Counted from the first letter of the stretch, positions 39,705 to 49,828 are shown. The stretch: 64,000 bases of DNA from an uncultured Butyrivibrio sp. (GCA_946546925.1 CAMNOS010000001.1:12727-76726), one strand, 5' to 3'. Made by a program: numbers and translations. Notes: a model not told the origin generated them from the sequence alone.

Positions 39705-40268
39705 TCAGTGTACAATTCCCCTCTTCCACTCCTCTTTTGTGAGAGAATTGATGTGCTCTGTTCGAACCTCATCAAGCATTATCACGCGGGTATTCGGGTT
39801 GGTGTGATGAAAAGAAAAACCGCACTTTAGCTGTACTGCAGAAGACCTGGTATTGCCGTCGAAAAAGCCGCAGTAAACTCTTTCTATTCCAAGGTCCTCA
39901 AAGGCGTGCCTTAAAACCTCACGGGATGCCTCAGTGGCAATCCCCCGGCCCCAGAACGGAACTCCCACCCAGTACCCAAGCTCTGCCTCGTGAAGGCCAA
40001 GGGGTCTTTCGGGGCTTCCTTTGAGCGTGAGTCCTATACTACCTATGGGCTCATCCGGACTGTCCAGAAGGCAGATGGCATAGGTCTCTTTTCCTGCGAA
40101 TATGGTGCGGATCACCGCCCTTGAGTAGGCCACATCCCTGTGTGGGAGCCATCCTGCGGCAGGACCCACCCTGTCGTCTTTGGCATATTTAAAGAGGCTG
40201 GGAGCATCTTCGTCTCTCCAGCCTCTAAGTATCAGTCTCTCAGTCTTTAGTATCATTTCTTTTCCCAA
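39705..40268 (-). CDS. RimJ/RimL-type GNAT acetyltransferase
   Basis: TERLILR, ELGYWVG.FWGRGIATE, N.RS..V..KCGF. Confidence 0.9.
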   Translation of the reverse strand: MGKEMILKTERLILRGWRDEDAPSLFKYAKDDRVGPAAGWLPHRDVAYSRAVIRTIFAGKETYAICLLDSPDEPIGSIGLTLKGSPERPLGLHEAELGYWVGVPFWGRGIATEASREVLRHAFEDLGIERVYCGFFDGNTRSSAVQLKCGFSFHHTNPNTRVIMLDEVRTEHINSLTKEEWKRGIVH

Positions 40269-40706
40269 TTACAGGCTCACATAGCTAAAGCCGGTCTTAC
40301 TTACGAACTGATCGAAAGATTTCTTGAAGAAGGTGAAGTAGGCCTCTTCCTTGTGCTTGGCATCGTGGGTCAGATAAAAGATAACCCTGCCGCTCTTAAT
40401 GTCCCATTCTATGTCGTTGGCGGGATCAAGGGCGTCTATGTCCTTGAAGGAGAGTCCGTATTTCTCACGGCAGTACTGGTCCCTGTTGTCAAGGTCCATG
40501 GTCTGCTCAATGACCTTGCCTTTCTGTTTGAGCATCATATCCAGCTGCTCCAGCATGATCTGATGAGCTATGTTAAAAGAATTGATCTCATAGCCCACAA
40601 GCCTCATGTCGGAAATTATCCTGTCAAAATCCGCATAGGTCTGGGCAAAAGGGTCTACCTTGTTCTCTGTGTAACAAAATACTGCTTCATAAAGAGCCTC
40701 GTTCAT
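40269..40706 (-). CDS. Hypothetical protein
   Basis: 145-aa ORF tightly coupled to its neighbours. Confidence 0.7.
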   Translation of the reverse strand: MNEALYEAVFCYTENKVDPFAQTYADFDRIISDMRLVGYEINSFNIAHQIMLEQLDMMLKQKGKVIEQTMDLDNRDQYCREKYGLSFKDIDALDPANDIEWDIKSGRVIFYLTHDAKHKEEAYFTFFKKSFDQFVSKTGFSYVSL

Positions 40707-42634
40707 TGACTTTCTCCTTTCTGTGCCTTAAGAAACTCGATATATTCATCCTCAGGTATCGGCCTTGAGTAATAATATCCCTGTAAGTATTCTACACCTT
40801 TTTCAATGAGAATTTCAGCCTGTTCTATCGTTTCCACACCCTCTGCAAGAACGTGCAGCCCGTAGTCCTTGAGGAAGTTTATGGAGTACTCCATCATTCT
40901 CATATTCTCGGGTCTGTTCTTGTCAAGACAGCTCCATACGAATTCCTTGTCCATCTTGACGATCTTGTAATCCATCTTAAGAAGCTCCAGCAGGTTGGAA
41001 TAGCCTGAGCCGAAGTCATCCATGGAAAAGGTGCTTCCCAGCTCTTTTAACCTCTGGACATTTTCCTTGAAGGCCTCATCGTTGTTGATGTAGGCGGTCT
41101 CAGTAATCTCGAAGTTGATGAACTTGGGCGGAATATGGTACTTCTCCATCTTGCTGATGAGCCTTGAATAGGTGTGCCTGTCTACAACTTCATTACCGGA
41201 GAGATTGACTTCAACGGTCTTGATGCCGTAGCTTGCAAGTTTCTTTCTGGCAATGAACGAACATACTTTTTCAAATACCAGATCATCTATCTCAGTGATA
41301 AGTCCGCACTTCTCAGCGATTGGAATGAAATCCTCAGGTGAGATGTAGCTCTGGGTATTGGGACGCCGCAGTCTTACCAGCGCCTCAGTCGAGGTGAACC
41401 TGCCCTCTTTGACATTCATGATCGGCTGATAATATACGTCGAAGGCCTTGTCCTTGACAGCCTGACGGACAATGTCCTCAACGCTGTTCCTGTAGAGCAT
41501 CTTATCCAGAATGTGCTTGTCCACAACAAGATTGGGCGCCGACTGGGTATAAATGTACTCGCCTGATATGTAGAGGAGAAGCTGAAGGGCTTCTTCAACA
41601 TCATCCGTGCACTTCGGAACCTCCAGAACCGAGTAGGTAAGCTTGTAGTTGCCGCTGTTGTCCTTGTAGTTGTTGACCAGTGTCATCAGCGCTTCTACTT
41701 TCTCAGGCTCTTTTACCACAAAAGAAAGTGTGTTCCAGCTCGACAGGTAGCAGCAGAATCCAACGCTCTCCTGTCCCAGCTCAGCCACTTCGCTCTGAAT
41801 GGCTTCCAGTTTGAGCCTGTCTTCAACGTTCATGAGAGTGCTCTTTCCCGTGAAGATGACTGAAGCAATGAAGAATCCTGTCTTTCTTCCGAATTTCTCT
41901 TTCAGGATCATTATAAAGGCGTCGCGGTTCTTGACTCCCTTCAGATTCTTTTCATAGTATTCCTTGGGATTCTCCATTGAAAGGAAAATAATAAGCGCCA
42001 TCAGCATCATCGCAACAGAAGACACCTGATGTCCATGGAAGGTGTACTGAAATAAGGCAAGCCCCATCCAGACGATAAGCCCTGAGATTACGGCTACAGC
42101 TCCATCATTTGTAAAGCGCTTTCTGTATCTCACCGCCATGATGAATGTGGCAACCATATACAGAGCGCCTATAAAATAACTGAAATTGACCGCCGGCCCG
42201 TAGTTATAGAACTCTCCGCTGCCATTCGTCGTATAAGAAATCTTTCCAAAGAAAAGTCCTATGATACCGGCGATTGCAGGAATGGCGATGAGGACCATAT
42301 GCCTTAGCCTCACAACCTTAGCGGAGGTTATCCTTGCATAGACGAACATGCACATGACAAAGGCACTTATGATAAGAGTGCCTATGTAAAAACTCTGCAC
42401 GGTTCTCCTAAGGACATTGAACGAGCTGTCCAGATACTTGAAAACTGCCGTCTCGAGTATCTCACAGATATTGCAGGTAAAGGCAGCGACAAGAAAACAG
42501 AAGAACACGCGCGTCGAAAAAACCTGCGGCATGTTCTTCCTCAGATATACAGCTATAAGTATTATCAATACTAAAATTGCAATAATAGGTGTACGGATTT
42601 CCATAAACTGATTATAATACAATTTCCATGTCAC
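40703..42634 (-). CDS. Membrane EAL-domain c-di-GMP phosphodiesterase with a degenerate GGDEF-like region
   Basis: About 7 TM segments at the N-terminus; YYQP, EALVRL, EITE, DDFGSGYS, EGVE, QGYYYS. Confidence 0.9.
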   Translation of the reverse strand: MTWKLYYNQFMEIRTPIIAILVLIILIAVYLRKNMPQVFSTRVFFCFLVAAFTCNICEILETAVFKYLDSSFNVLRRTVQSFYIGTLIISAFVMCMFVYARITSAKVVRLRHMVLIAIPAIAGIIGLFFGKISYTTNGSGEFYNYGPAVNFSYFIGALYMVATFIMAVRYRKRFTNDGAVAVISGLIVWMGLALFQYTFHGHQVSSVAMMLMALIIFLSMENPKEYYEKNLKGVKNRDAFIMILKEKFGRKTGFFIASVIFTGKSTLMNVEDRLKLEAIQSEVAELGQESVGFCCYLSSWNTLSFVVKEPEKVEALMTLVNNYKDNSGNYKLTYSVLEVPKCTDDVEEALQLLLYISGEYIYTQSAPNLVVDKHILDKMLYRNSVEDIVRQAVKDKAFDVYYQPIMNVKEGRFTSTEALVRLRRPNTQSYISPEDFIPIAEKCGLITEIDDLVFEKVCSFIARKKLASYGIKTVEVNLSGNEVVDRHTYSRLISKMEKYHIPPKFINFEITETAYINNDEAFKENVQRLKELGSTFSMDDFGSGYSNLLELLKMDYKIVKMDKEFVWSCLDKNRPENMRMMEYSINFLKDYGLHVLAEGVETIEQAEILIEKGVEYLQGYYYSRPIPEDEYIEFLKAQKGESQ

Positions 42635-45075
42635 AACAACCCGGCTTCGAGGAGCCTTGCATAGAAGAATGTAATAGGAAGGAAACTCTGGGCAAAGTTC
42701 TTGGGGGCCCCGGATCCGACTATCACAGTATCCTCAACGATCTTCTTGGTCCCTATGGAAAGGGAAGTTGAGGTAATTGATCTCTCAAAGGTCTTTTTGC
42801 CGAATTCAAGGTACTTTTTGTCACCGGTAAGCTCATACCCTATGGCCATCGCCTCTAAAAGCAGCGTGTTGGTGCCGTTTCGTGAAAGACTCGGAAGCTC
42901 TTTATAGACGAATATACCCTGGCGCGTCATGAAATTCTCCGTCAGATCATCAATTGCAGAGAGCATCATGCTCTTAAGCTCTTCATCGGGAAATGCCCTG
43001 TAGTAGCGCATCAATGACCCCACTGCAACAGAGATCATAAAGCCGACTCTGATGGCTGTGTTGTCAGTGTATGGAGAAAGCCAGTTGCCGTACCTCTCAT
43101 TCCACTGCCTGAACTGTGAGATGATCCACCTGCACTTCGCAGTCCACTTAGGATCATGGGTCTCAAGATAAAGAGCTGTCAGCGTCCTTAGCGCCCATCC
43201 GGTCTCCCTGGCGCTGCTCTCACCCGGCACCTGATACATCGGAGTATCAAGGAGCCTTCTGACATTCTCACCTATGCCAAGTGCGGTCTCAAGAGCCCTC
43301 TCATCCCCTGTGAAGTGGTACATGTCAAGAAGTCCCTCAACCCACTCGTGGCTGCAGACCATCACGCCTTTGCAGCCCTCTCCTTCCTCGGAGCCTCCCG
43401 TGTGGCGCCTTGTGTGCTCCCACTGTCCGCCCATTCTCAAGGGGTCTTTGGAGTAATGGCACACATCCACATCCATCCAGTGGTGCGCCGCCGTGTTGGC
43501 ATAATCGAGAAACCGCCTGGTACCGGTCCTTGCGTACATCATGTACATTGCATGAGGATAATCGTACTCGTTGTTGGTCCAGACAAGGTTTCCTGCGCCT
43601 CTGCCCTGCGCTGTGTATCCAGGATCAGGTCCGTCGCCGAAATTAAGCATTCCGTAGCACCGCGCATGGCCGTCCGCCTTCTCGATGAGGCACAGCTCAA
43701 CATCATCGACCTGCCTGTCCTCTTCTACAAAAACATCAGGCATCACTGACGCTTTTTTGAACTCCATCGGATCTATCCACGGCCTGTCAGGCATCTGGTA
43801 GATGATGCTCCTGTTATCGAGTTCATATATTGGCTCATCCGCGCTGTGGAAGTGCAGAAGGAACCTCTGCTCCCTCGCCATTCCCGATGTGAACACAACC
43901 GGATCAGCCTTGGTCTTATCGGCACAAAGCTTCTGGTCAGGCAAAAGAAAAACTGTTATGCCCTTTTCATCGCTCCTTATTGCCTTGGGAAAATTCTGCT
44001 GTGCCTGATAGACAGTTGCGCAAAAGCCCATATCCCTTGCAGGATCCGTGTAATCCGCAAAGAAAGTGCCGTAAAAGACTTCCGCAAAGTGCTCATTGGC
44101 TTCCTTTTCAAGCATCTCGGCAAGGATCATGCTCTCGAGGCGCTTCCCGCCGGCGCTGATCGTAAAGTCAGTCCTGTAGTTGGATCTTCCCACTATGGTC
44201 CTCGGGTTAAGACTGCTTCCTGCGCCTGTGCCATTAAAGTCATACAAGGAAAGATCTTTGGTTCCCGTGGTCCTTACGCAAGTCTCATCCGCAGTGGTCT
44301 TTTTGGTATCACCGCAGCCCGTGGAATCAACAGTCATATCAGCGTATGCCGGGCTGTCAAAAGACATATCGGCGTCCCTGTCAGCTTTCAGGGCAAATAT
44401 CATACCATCTGGCTTGATGTCCCCTTCCGTGCAGTTGATGAATCTGTAGCCCACGTCTATCCAGGGCTTACCAAGTGTCACGGCAAGGCGAAGCTCGAAC
44501 CTGATGCCCTCACCGGAAAGTTCATTTTCATGGGAAATGCATCTGCCGCTGCCACTGATAACTGCGTAGATATCTCCCTTCTGAGCAATCTTCCAGTCAT
44601 CGAATACTGTTTGCAGCCTCTCTCCATTAAGCGTAACAAACGGGCCTTCGAACTGCTCTCTGTCAAATCTCTTCTCACCAAAGAAGAAGCTTTCAAAGAG
44701 GCGGTCGGAAGAACTGTTAACAGTGAAGGTGATGACGCCGTTATTAACGCTAAGCGAGCCGTCTTCTTCCGATATTCGGATCCTGTCGATTTCTGATTCT
44801 GATTCAGGTTCCGTCTCATCCCCATAGGTGAGGGTCAGCTCTTTGGCCGCATTTCCAGGAAGGTCGGCAAGAAATCTCAGGTAAAGATATCTCACAGAGT
44901 TATCTTCCCATCTTGATGTTACAAGACTCTGAGTCCGCAGGCTCCTGCTGCCGTCCATCACTCTTATGGAATCTATGTTTTCCTGCGGCATAACTCCCTT
45001 TGCAAAGGGCACGCAGAGCCCGCAGAGTTCATCCTTCCTTTCATCTTTATACAGCTTGTCAAAATAGATCTTCAC
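42631..45075 (-). CDS. Large cytoplasmic carbohydrate-active protein, PcRglX/YetA (PL26-like) or GH127-like alpha-toroid
   Basis: YGMLNFGD...WTNNEYD...HWMDVD pattern; no signal peptide; family by eye only. Confidence 0.55.
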   Translation of the reverse strand: MKIYFDKLYKDERKDELCGLCVPFAKGVMPQENIDSIRVMDGSRSLRTQSLVTSRWEDNSVRYLYLRFLADLPGNAAKELTLTYGDETEPESESEIDRIRISEEDGSLSVNNGVITFTVNSSSDRLFESFFFGEKRFDREQFEGPFVTLNGERLQTVFDDWKIAQKGDIYAVISGSGRCISHENELSGEGIRFELRLAVTLGKPWIDVGYRFINCTEGDIKPDGMIFALKADRDADMSFDSPAYADMTVDSTGCGDTKKTTADETCVRTTGTKDLSLYDFNGTGAGSSLNPRTIVGRSNYRTDFTISAGGKRLESMILAEMLEKEANEHFAEVFYGTFFADYTDPARDMGFCATVYQAQQNFPKAIRSDEKGITVFLLPDQKLCADKTKADPVVFTSGMAREQRFLLHFHSADEPIYELDNRSIIYQMPDRPWIDPMEFKKASVMPDVFVEEDRQVDDVELCLIEKADGHARCYGMLNFGDGPDPGYTAQGRGAGNLVWTNNEYDYPHAMYMMYARTGTRRFLDYANTAAHHWMDVDVCHYSKDPLRMGGQWEHTRRHTGGSEEGEGCKGVMVCSHEWVEGLLDMYHFTGDERALETALGIGENVRRLLDTPMYQVPGESSARETGWALRTLTALYLETHDPKWTAKCRWIISQFRQWNERYGNWLSPYTDNTAIRVGFMISVAVGSLMRYYRAFPDEELKSMMLSAIDDLTENFMTRQGIFVYKELPSLSRNGTNTLLLEAMAIGYELTGDKKYLEFGKKTFERSITSTSLSIGTKKIVEDTVIVGSGAPKNFAQSFLPITFFYARLLEAGLL

Positions 45076-45131
45076 TTATTGTGCCCTCCAATATGGTTAA
45101 CATGGGTTAATAAAAAACCTATGGATCCGTA

Positions 45132-46442
45132 TCATCTCTCAGTTTTGAGAAGGTATGAGGTATAGCCCGGAATCTCAAGGCCGCCTCCGAAGTCGATATC
45201 CTGTCCTGTGATCAGGTCTATGGCCCGCCCCGCTCTTGCGTCAAAGTGGGCAACATATGGATTCTCATCGATATTGATTGCAACCAGCACCCTGTCACCT
45301 TCTGTCTCTCTCTCAAAGACGCACTGCCTGTTGGTGAGGACCAGTGACTTGAATGCGCCATAGTTAAGGGCCCCTGATCCCTTCTGCGCCCTTGTGAGGG
45401 CTGCGATATGATCAGTTAAGTCATTCCACTTCGGACTGTCAAATGAAGGTCGAAGCGCCGGATCGCCCTGGCTCTTGTCCGCCTTCTCGCCCCACTCACT
45501 TCCGTAGTAGATCGTAGGAATCCCGGGCATACCGAACATCAGCGTGTAGATGAGTTTGAGGTGCTCAGGGTTACTCAGGATACTTGCAATCCTTGATACA
45601 TCGTGGTTATCTACAAATGAAAGAAGGTGCCTGCCCTTATACAGCGTCCAGTTCTCAGGACCGAACTGCCTAAGGAGGGAGTGGATGATCTCGAACAGAT
45701 TGTAGCTGTTCATTGCCGAGAACATTCCCTTGTAACACTCATAGTTGGTGGCGCTGTGGCACAGATCGTCCCCCATGATGCGGTTGTAGTCGCCGCCGAT
45801 CATCTCTCCCACAAGGAAGAAATCTTCTTTCATAGAGGGAGTCTGTCGGCGAAGCCTTCTGATAAAGTCAGGATCCAGGCAGTAAGCTACGTCAAGGCGA
45901 AGACCATCTATGTCAAATTCATCGATCCAGTACTTTACGCTCTCCATCAGATAGTCTGTAACCTGAGGATTCTTCAGGTTAAGTTTGACAAGGTCAAAAT
46001 TGCCCTCCCAGCCCTCGTACCAGAGGCCGTCATTGTAGCCGTTGTTGCCGTCAAAGCTTATGTGGAACCAGTCCTTGTAGGGTGAGTCCCATCTCTTTTC
46101 AAGGACGTCCTTAAATCCAAAGAACCCTCTTCCGGCGTGGTTAAACACACCGTCAAGAACCACCTTGATGCCCTTTTTGTGCAGGGCTTTGCACACCTTT
46201 TTGAAATCCTCGTTGGTGCCAAGCCTTACATCGATCTTCCTGTAGTCCCTTGTATTGTAGCCATGGGTATCCGATTCAAACACAGGGTTAAAAAGAACTG
46301 CTCCGACCCCGAGTTTCTCAAGATGCGGAATAAAATCCAGGATCTTCAGTATCCTGTGCTCAAGCTTCCCGTCGTTCTCAAAGGGCGCTCCGCAGAGCCC
46401 CAATGGATAGATCTGGTAAAAGTTTGTCTCATAAGCCCACAT
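45132..46442 (-). CDS. GH13 alpha-amylase-family glycosidase (intracellular)
   Basis: DGVFNH, DGLRLDVA, GEMI, DNHD catalytic motifs. Confidence 0.92.
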   Translation of the reverse strand: MWAYETNFYQIYPLGLCGAPFENDGKLEHRILKILDFIPHLEKLGVGAVLFNPVFESDTHGYNTRDYRKIDVRLGTNEDFKKVCKALHKKGIKVVLDGVFNHAGRGFFGFKDVLEKRWDSPYKDWFHISFDGNNGYNDGLWYEGWEGNFDLVKLNLKNPQVTDYLMESVKYWIDEFDIDGLRLDVAYCLDPDFIRRLRRQTPSMKEDFFLVGEMIGGDYNRIMGDDLCHSATNYECYKGMFSAMNSYNLFEIIHSLLRQFGPENWTLYKGRHLLSFVDNHDVSRIASILSNPEHLKLIYTLMFGMPGIPTIYYGSEWGEKADKSQGDPALRPSFDSPKWNDLTDHIAALTRAQKGSGALNYGAFKSLVLTNRQCVFERETEGDRVLVAINIDENPYVAHFDARAGRAIDLITGQDIDFGGGLEIPGYTSYLLKTER

Positions 46443-46509
46443 TTCTTTTTCCTCCTTATATATGTATTGGCACGATTACTTCGTAATCCCGACCTATCAG
46501 TCGGAATCA

Positions 46510-47169
46510 TTACAGAACAATGTTCTTGTCAAGTTTGGATATGTTCTTTTTGTGGATCAGCATTAAAAGCGGCACGTTGGCCTTAAGAGGAATGTCCGGG
46601 TCGACGTACTCATTGACCACTCCGTCCTTAAGTCCCACAACGTTCACGCCGTATTTTTTCCTGAGGTTCAGCTCTCTGAGCGACTTGCCCACCCACTTGT
46701 CCTTGGGAAGCATCTCTATAAGGCAGATGTCGTTGCTGACTTCAAAGTACTCAAGGAAGTTACCGGACAAAAGCCCCCTGGCGGTCCTTACTCCGCTCTC
46801 CTCTTCAGGATAAACCACTTCATCTGCGCCTATCTTGGATAAGACTGCTCCCATCCTCTCGTTGCTGGCCTTGGCCACAACCCACTTGACACCGCACTCC
46901 TTGGAGATCATGGTGCACATGATACTGGATTCAAGGCTCATTCCCATTGCGACCACCGCGCATTCTATGTTGGATATGCCAAGGGCCTTGATGGCTGCAG
47001 GGTCAGTCAGGTCCGCCTCTATAGATGCCGTAGCCTTGGCAGAATATGCCTCCACGATATCCTCATCATTGTCAACGACCATAACGTCCGCGCCGCTCTC
47101 TATGAGCTTGTCAGCTACCGCCTGCCCGAATTTACCAAGTCCGAATACCACAAACGAATTGTATTTCAT
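46510..47169 (-). CDS. trkA: Trk/Ktr K+ uptake NAD-binding subunit
   Basis: VFGLGKFG RCK_N followed by RCK_C. Confidence 0.92.
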   Translation of the reverse strand: MKYNSFVVFGLGKFGQAVADKLIESGADVMVVDNDEDIVEAYSAKATASIEADLTDPAAIKALGISNIECAVVAMGMSLESSIMCTMISKECGVKWVVAKASNERMGAVLSKIGADEVVYPEEESGVRTARGLLSGNFLEYFEVSNDICLIEMLPKDKWVGKSLRELNLRKKYGVNVVGLKDGVVNEYVDPDIPLKANVPLLMLIHKKNISKLDKNIVL

Positions 47170-47183
47170 TTATAAGTGCCTCC

Positions 47184-48572
47184 TTATCCGACAATAAAGT
47201 GTCCGTCTGAAAATCTGATGTCATTCTTTTCCGAGCGCTTTGAGCTGAAAAACAGCGCCATTGAAATAGGTCCTATTCTGCCGGCGTACATTCCGATCAT
47301 CACTACGATCATCCCCGCCGCATTGAGGCTCGATGTAAGCCCCCTTGAGAGTCCCACGGTTCCCGTTGCGCTGAACATCTCGTAGGCAGCTGCAAGTGCC
47401 GGTGCATGTGAAACCTGTATGAGTGCCACGAGAAGTACCATGGTCAGAAGAAGGTTGGACATGACAATAGCACTGGCTTTGTTTATGAGCTTATCAGAAA
47501 CAGCCCTGGAGAATACCACCGGCTCTGTCCTGTTCCTGATAAAGGTGGATACGTTGAGAAGTACCACAAATATTGTAACTGTCTTGATCCCACCCGCGGT
47601 ACCGACAGGGGATCCCCCGATGAACATGTATATGCATCCCGCGATGCAGGTGGAAGGTGTCAGTGCCTCCTGCGGCACTGTGGCAAACCCCGCCGTCCTG
47701 AAGGTCACCGACTGGAAGAAGCTCACAAGAAGCTTGTTGCCGAAAGAGAGCTTCCCGATCGTCGCCGGGTTGTTCCACTCAAAATAAAGTGTAAGGAGCA
47801 TTCCTGATATGAGCAGGAACAGGGTCAGGTTGATGACGAGCCTTGAATGCTCTCCCATTCTTTTCCAGAAGGTACGCAGGCTGTACCTGCGCCTTATGAA
47901 GCGCTTTAAGTTCTCGATAAAATCAAACCACACCACATATCCGATACCGCCAAGGACGATCAGCGACATGGTGATCAGATTGATCGGAATGTTGGTCTTG
48001 TAGTCTATCAGGGAATTGGGTCCGATGACATCCATCCCCGCGTTACAGAATGCCGACACCGCGTTGAACACAGATATCCAGAGGCCTCTTAACAGTCCGA
48101 ACTTCGGAACGAAAACAAAGGAGTACATGACTGCGCCCAATCCCTCGACTATCAGCGTATCTTTTATCACTCTCACAAGGAACTTTATAAGGCCGTGGAT
48201 TGAATCCAGGTTGTAGTAGTCCTGGATGAGGAGCCTGGTGCGCAGCGAGAATTCTTTTTTCATGAGCATCATCACTGCCGAATAGAGAGTGATGACGCCA
48301 AAGCCGCCTATCTGGATAAGTATCAGTATTATCAGCTGGCCCAGGAACGACCAGTGCGAAAATGTATCCACAACAACCAGTCCCGTCACACATATGGACG
48401 TCGTCGCCGTAAACAGCGCCGTGAGAAAATCCGTTTCCTCCCCGGCAGCCGTCGCAGCCGGTATCATAAGCATCAGCGCCCCGACAATTATCGCCAGCAT
48501 GAATCCCAGCGCAATGGTCTGCGTTGATGTAAATCTGTTCTTACCTATCTTGGTCTCATTAAAAACACGCAA
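47184..48572 (-). CDS. trkH: Trk/Ktr K+ uptake membrane subunit
   Basis: Pore loops SICVTGL, SAFCNAG, RTAGF, SATGTVGLS. Confidence 0.93.
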   Translation of the reverse strand: MRVFNETKIGKNRFTSTQTIALGFMLAIIVGALMLMIPAATAAGEETDFLTALFTATTSICVTGLVVVDTFSHWSFLGQLIILILIQIGGFGVITLYSAVMMLMKKEFSLRTRLLIQDYYNLDSIHGLIKFLVRVIKDTLIVEGLGAVMYSFVFVPKFGLLRGLWISVFNAVSAFCNAGMDVIGPNSLIDYKTNIPINLITMSLIVLGGIGYVVWFDFIENLKRFIRRRYSLRTFWKRMGEHSRLVINLTLFLLISGMLLTLYFEWNNPATIGKLSFGNKLLVSFFQSVTFRTAGFATVPQEALTPSTCIAGCIYMFIGGSPVGTAGGIKTVTIFVVLLNVSTFIRNRTEPVVFSRAVSDKLINKASAIVMSNLLLTMVLLVALIQVSHAPALAAAYEMFSATGTVGLSRGLTSSLNAAGMIVVMIGMYAGRIGPISMALFFSSKRSEKNDIRFSDGHFIVG

Positions 48573-48683
48573 TTCTTATTCACCGTCCGTCACTTTAGAT
48601 GTTCTTTTACTATTCTATCATAACAAAGGTACTCCTGCCGCTAATGTCAGGATCTGTTTACGGTTATGGGGGTGGGGCTGTTA

Positions 48684-48750
48684 GCGGATTGCGGGATTGC
48701 TGCGGATTGCGGGATTGCTGCGGATTGCGGCTTTCCTGCGGATATGCGGA
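48684..48750 (+). repeat. 18-bp tandem repeat (GCGGATTGCGGGATTGCT)
   Basis: Two exact units (48684-48719) followed by degenerate units. Confidence 0.85.
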
Positions 48751-48781
48751 AATGGCGCATTCAGAAATATAAAAAAATATG

Positions 48782-48810
48782 TTGACAATCTCTTCAGATA
48801 GAGTTATATT
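48782..48810 (+). promoter_or_regulatory. sigmaA promoter of tRNA-Met
   Basis: TTGACA-17-TATATT with an A-rich upstream element. Confidence 0.8.
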
Positions 48811-48844
48811 ATCTTAGTCGGCTCCAATGAGCAGGCAACAATAT

Positions 48845-48918
48845 GGCGAGGTAGCTCAGCTGGCTAGAGCACGCGGTTCATACCCGCGGTGTCGAGGGTT
48901 CAAGTCCCCCCCTCGCTA
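48845..48918 (+). tRNA. tRNA-Met (CAT), elongator type
   Basis: Acceptor stem GGCGAGG/CCTCGCT; D-arm; anticodon arm CGCGG-TTCATAC-CCGCG; TTCAAGT T-loop; CCA not encoded. Confidence 0.95.
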
Positions 48919-48956
48919 CTAAAAAGGGAAAGCATTCGTTGCTTTCCTTTTTTGTT
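48897..48956 (+). repeat. Left att-like direct repeat (tRNA 3' end plus terminator)
   Basis: GGTTCAAGT-C7-TCGCTACTAAAAAGGGAAAGCATTCGTTGCTTTCCTTTTTTGTT, repeated at 58124-58182. Confidence 0.92.
48921..48953 (+). terminator. tRNA-Met intrinsic terminator
   Basis: GGAAAGCA-ttcgt-TGCTTTCC followed by a T-run. Confidence 0.85.
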
Positions 48957-49411
48957 GCCCCGAAATGTCCCCTGGGGACGGAGTCAAGGGGACATTATAG
49001 TTGCCCGAAAATGGGCCTGGGAGACAGGGCAATGTCATTTAGATAAGAACTCCTGAGATTGCTGATCATGATAACTACGTCTATTCTGCAATTCTTCTTT
49101 GACAGAAGTAGTCCTTTTTGGAAATTAAGTATATATCACGTTTTTTCCAAAATAGACGTAGTGGGTACTGTTTTTTTACTACGTCGTTATTTGCAGAATC
49201 AATAGAAAGACATAAATGAATCATGAATAAAACCTTCTGGGCATTTTTTCTGGATGTGATGATAAGCTTAACCTAATGCGGTATTTTTTCCTCACCAAAA
49301 ACGAAGAATACAGCTCATTATCTTTCTTAATCTGTGATGTTAATATGCCCTCTATCGCCTTAAGATATCATTAGCAGGACCAAACCAGGTAAAGGATATG
49401 GAGGAATTGCT

Positions 49412-49828
49412 ATGTATGATATGAGAACAAGAGAGATACAGGAAGCAATAGAAGCTGCTGATGTAGCACTTGACCATCTTGAAAGAGCAAAAAGAAGCCT
49501 TTCAATCGCCAGTGGATGGGGACTTTTTGATACTCTTGGAGGCGGATTTATCAGTGGTCTGATCAAACACAGCAAAATGAGCGATGCCGAGCATGAAATA
49601 AATGAGGCAAAGAAAGCGCTGGCTAAGTTTTCAAAAGAGCTTCGCGATGTTGATGGCTACTCATCAGTGCATATTAATGGATTTTTGACATTTGGCGATC
49701 TCTTCTGCGACGGATTCCTCATGGATGTGATTGTACAATCCCAGATAGGAACGGCGAAAAGAGGATGTGAAAACGCCATTTCCCAGGTACAGAAGATCAG
49801 GAACGACCTTACGCGTATGCTTGACTAA
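49412..49828 (+). CDS. Hypothetical helical protein with a glycine-rich hydrophobic motif
   Basis: GGAGG RBS; SGWGLFDTLGGGFISGLIKHSKM. Confidence 0.75.
   Translation: MYDMRTREIQEAIEAADVALDHLERAKRSLSIASGWGLFDTLGGGFISGLIKHSKMSDAEHEINEAKKALAKFSKELRDVDGYSSVHINGFLTFGDLFCDGFLMDVIVQSQIGTAKRGCENAISQVQKIRNDLTRMLD

Noticed and set aside
43846-44796. 316-aa plus-strand ORF and the many other antisense ORFs in the track
   Set aside because: They lie opposite well-supported genes and show no motifs.
48684-48750. CRISPR array
   Set aside because: Contiguous 18-bp units with no unique spacers, and no cas genes in the window.
48845-48918. Initiator tRNA-fMet or tRNA-Ile2
   Set aside because: It has a G1-U72 pair, no C1 mismatch and no GGG/CCC anticodon stem; overall it resembles the Firmicute elongator Met tRNA.
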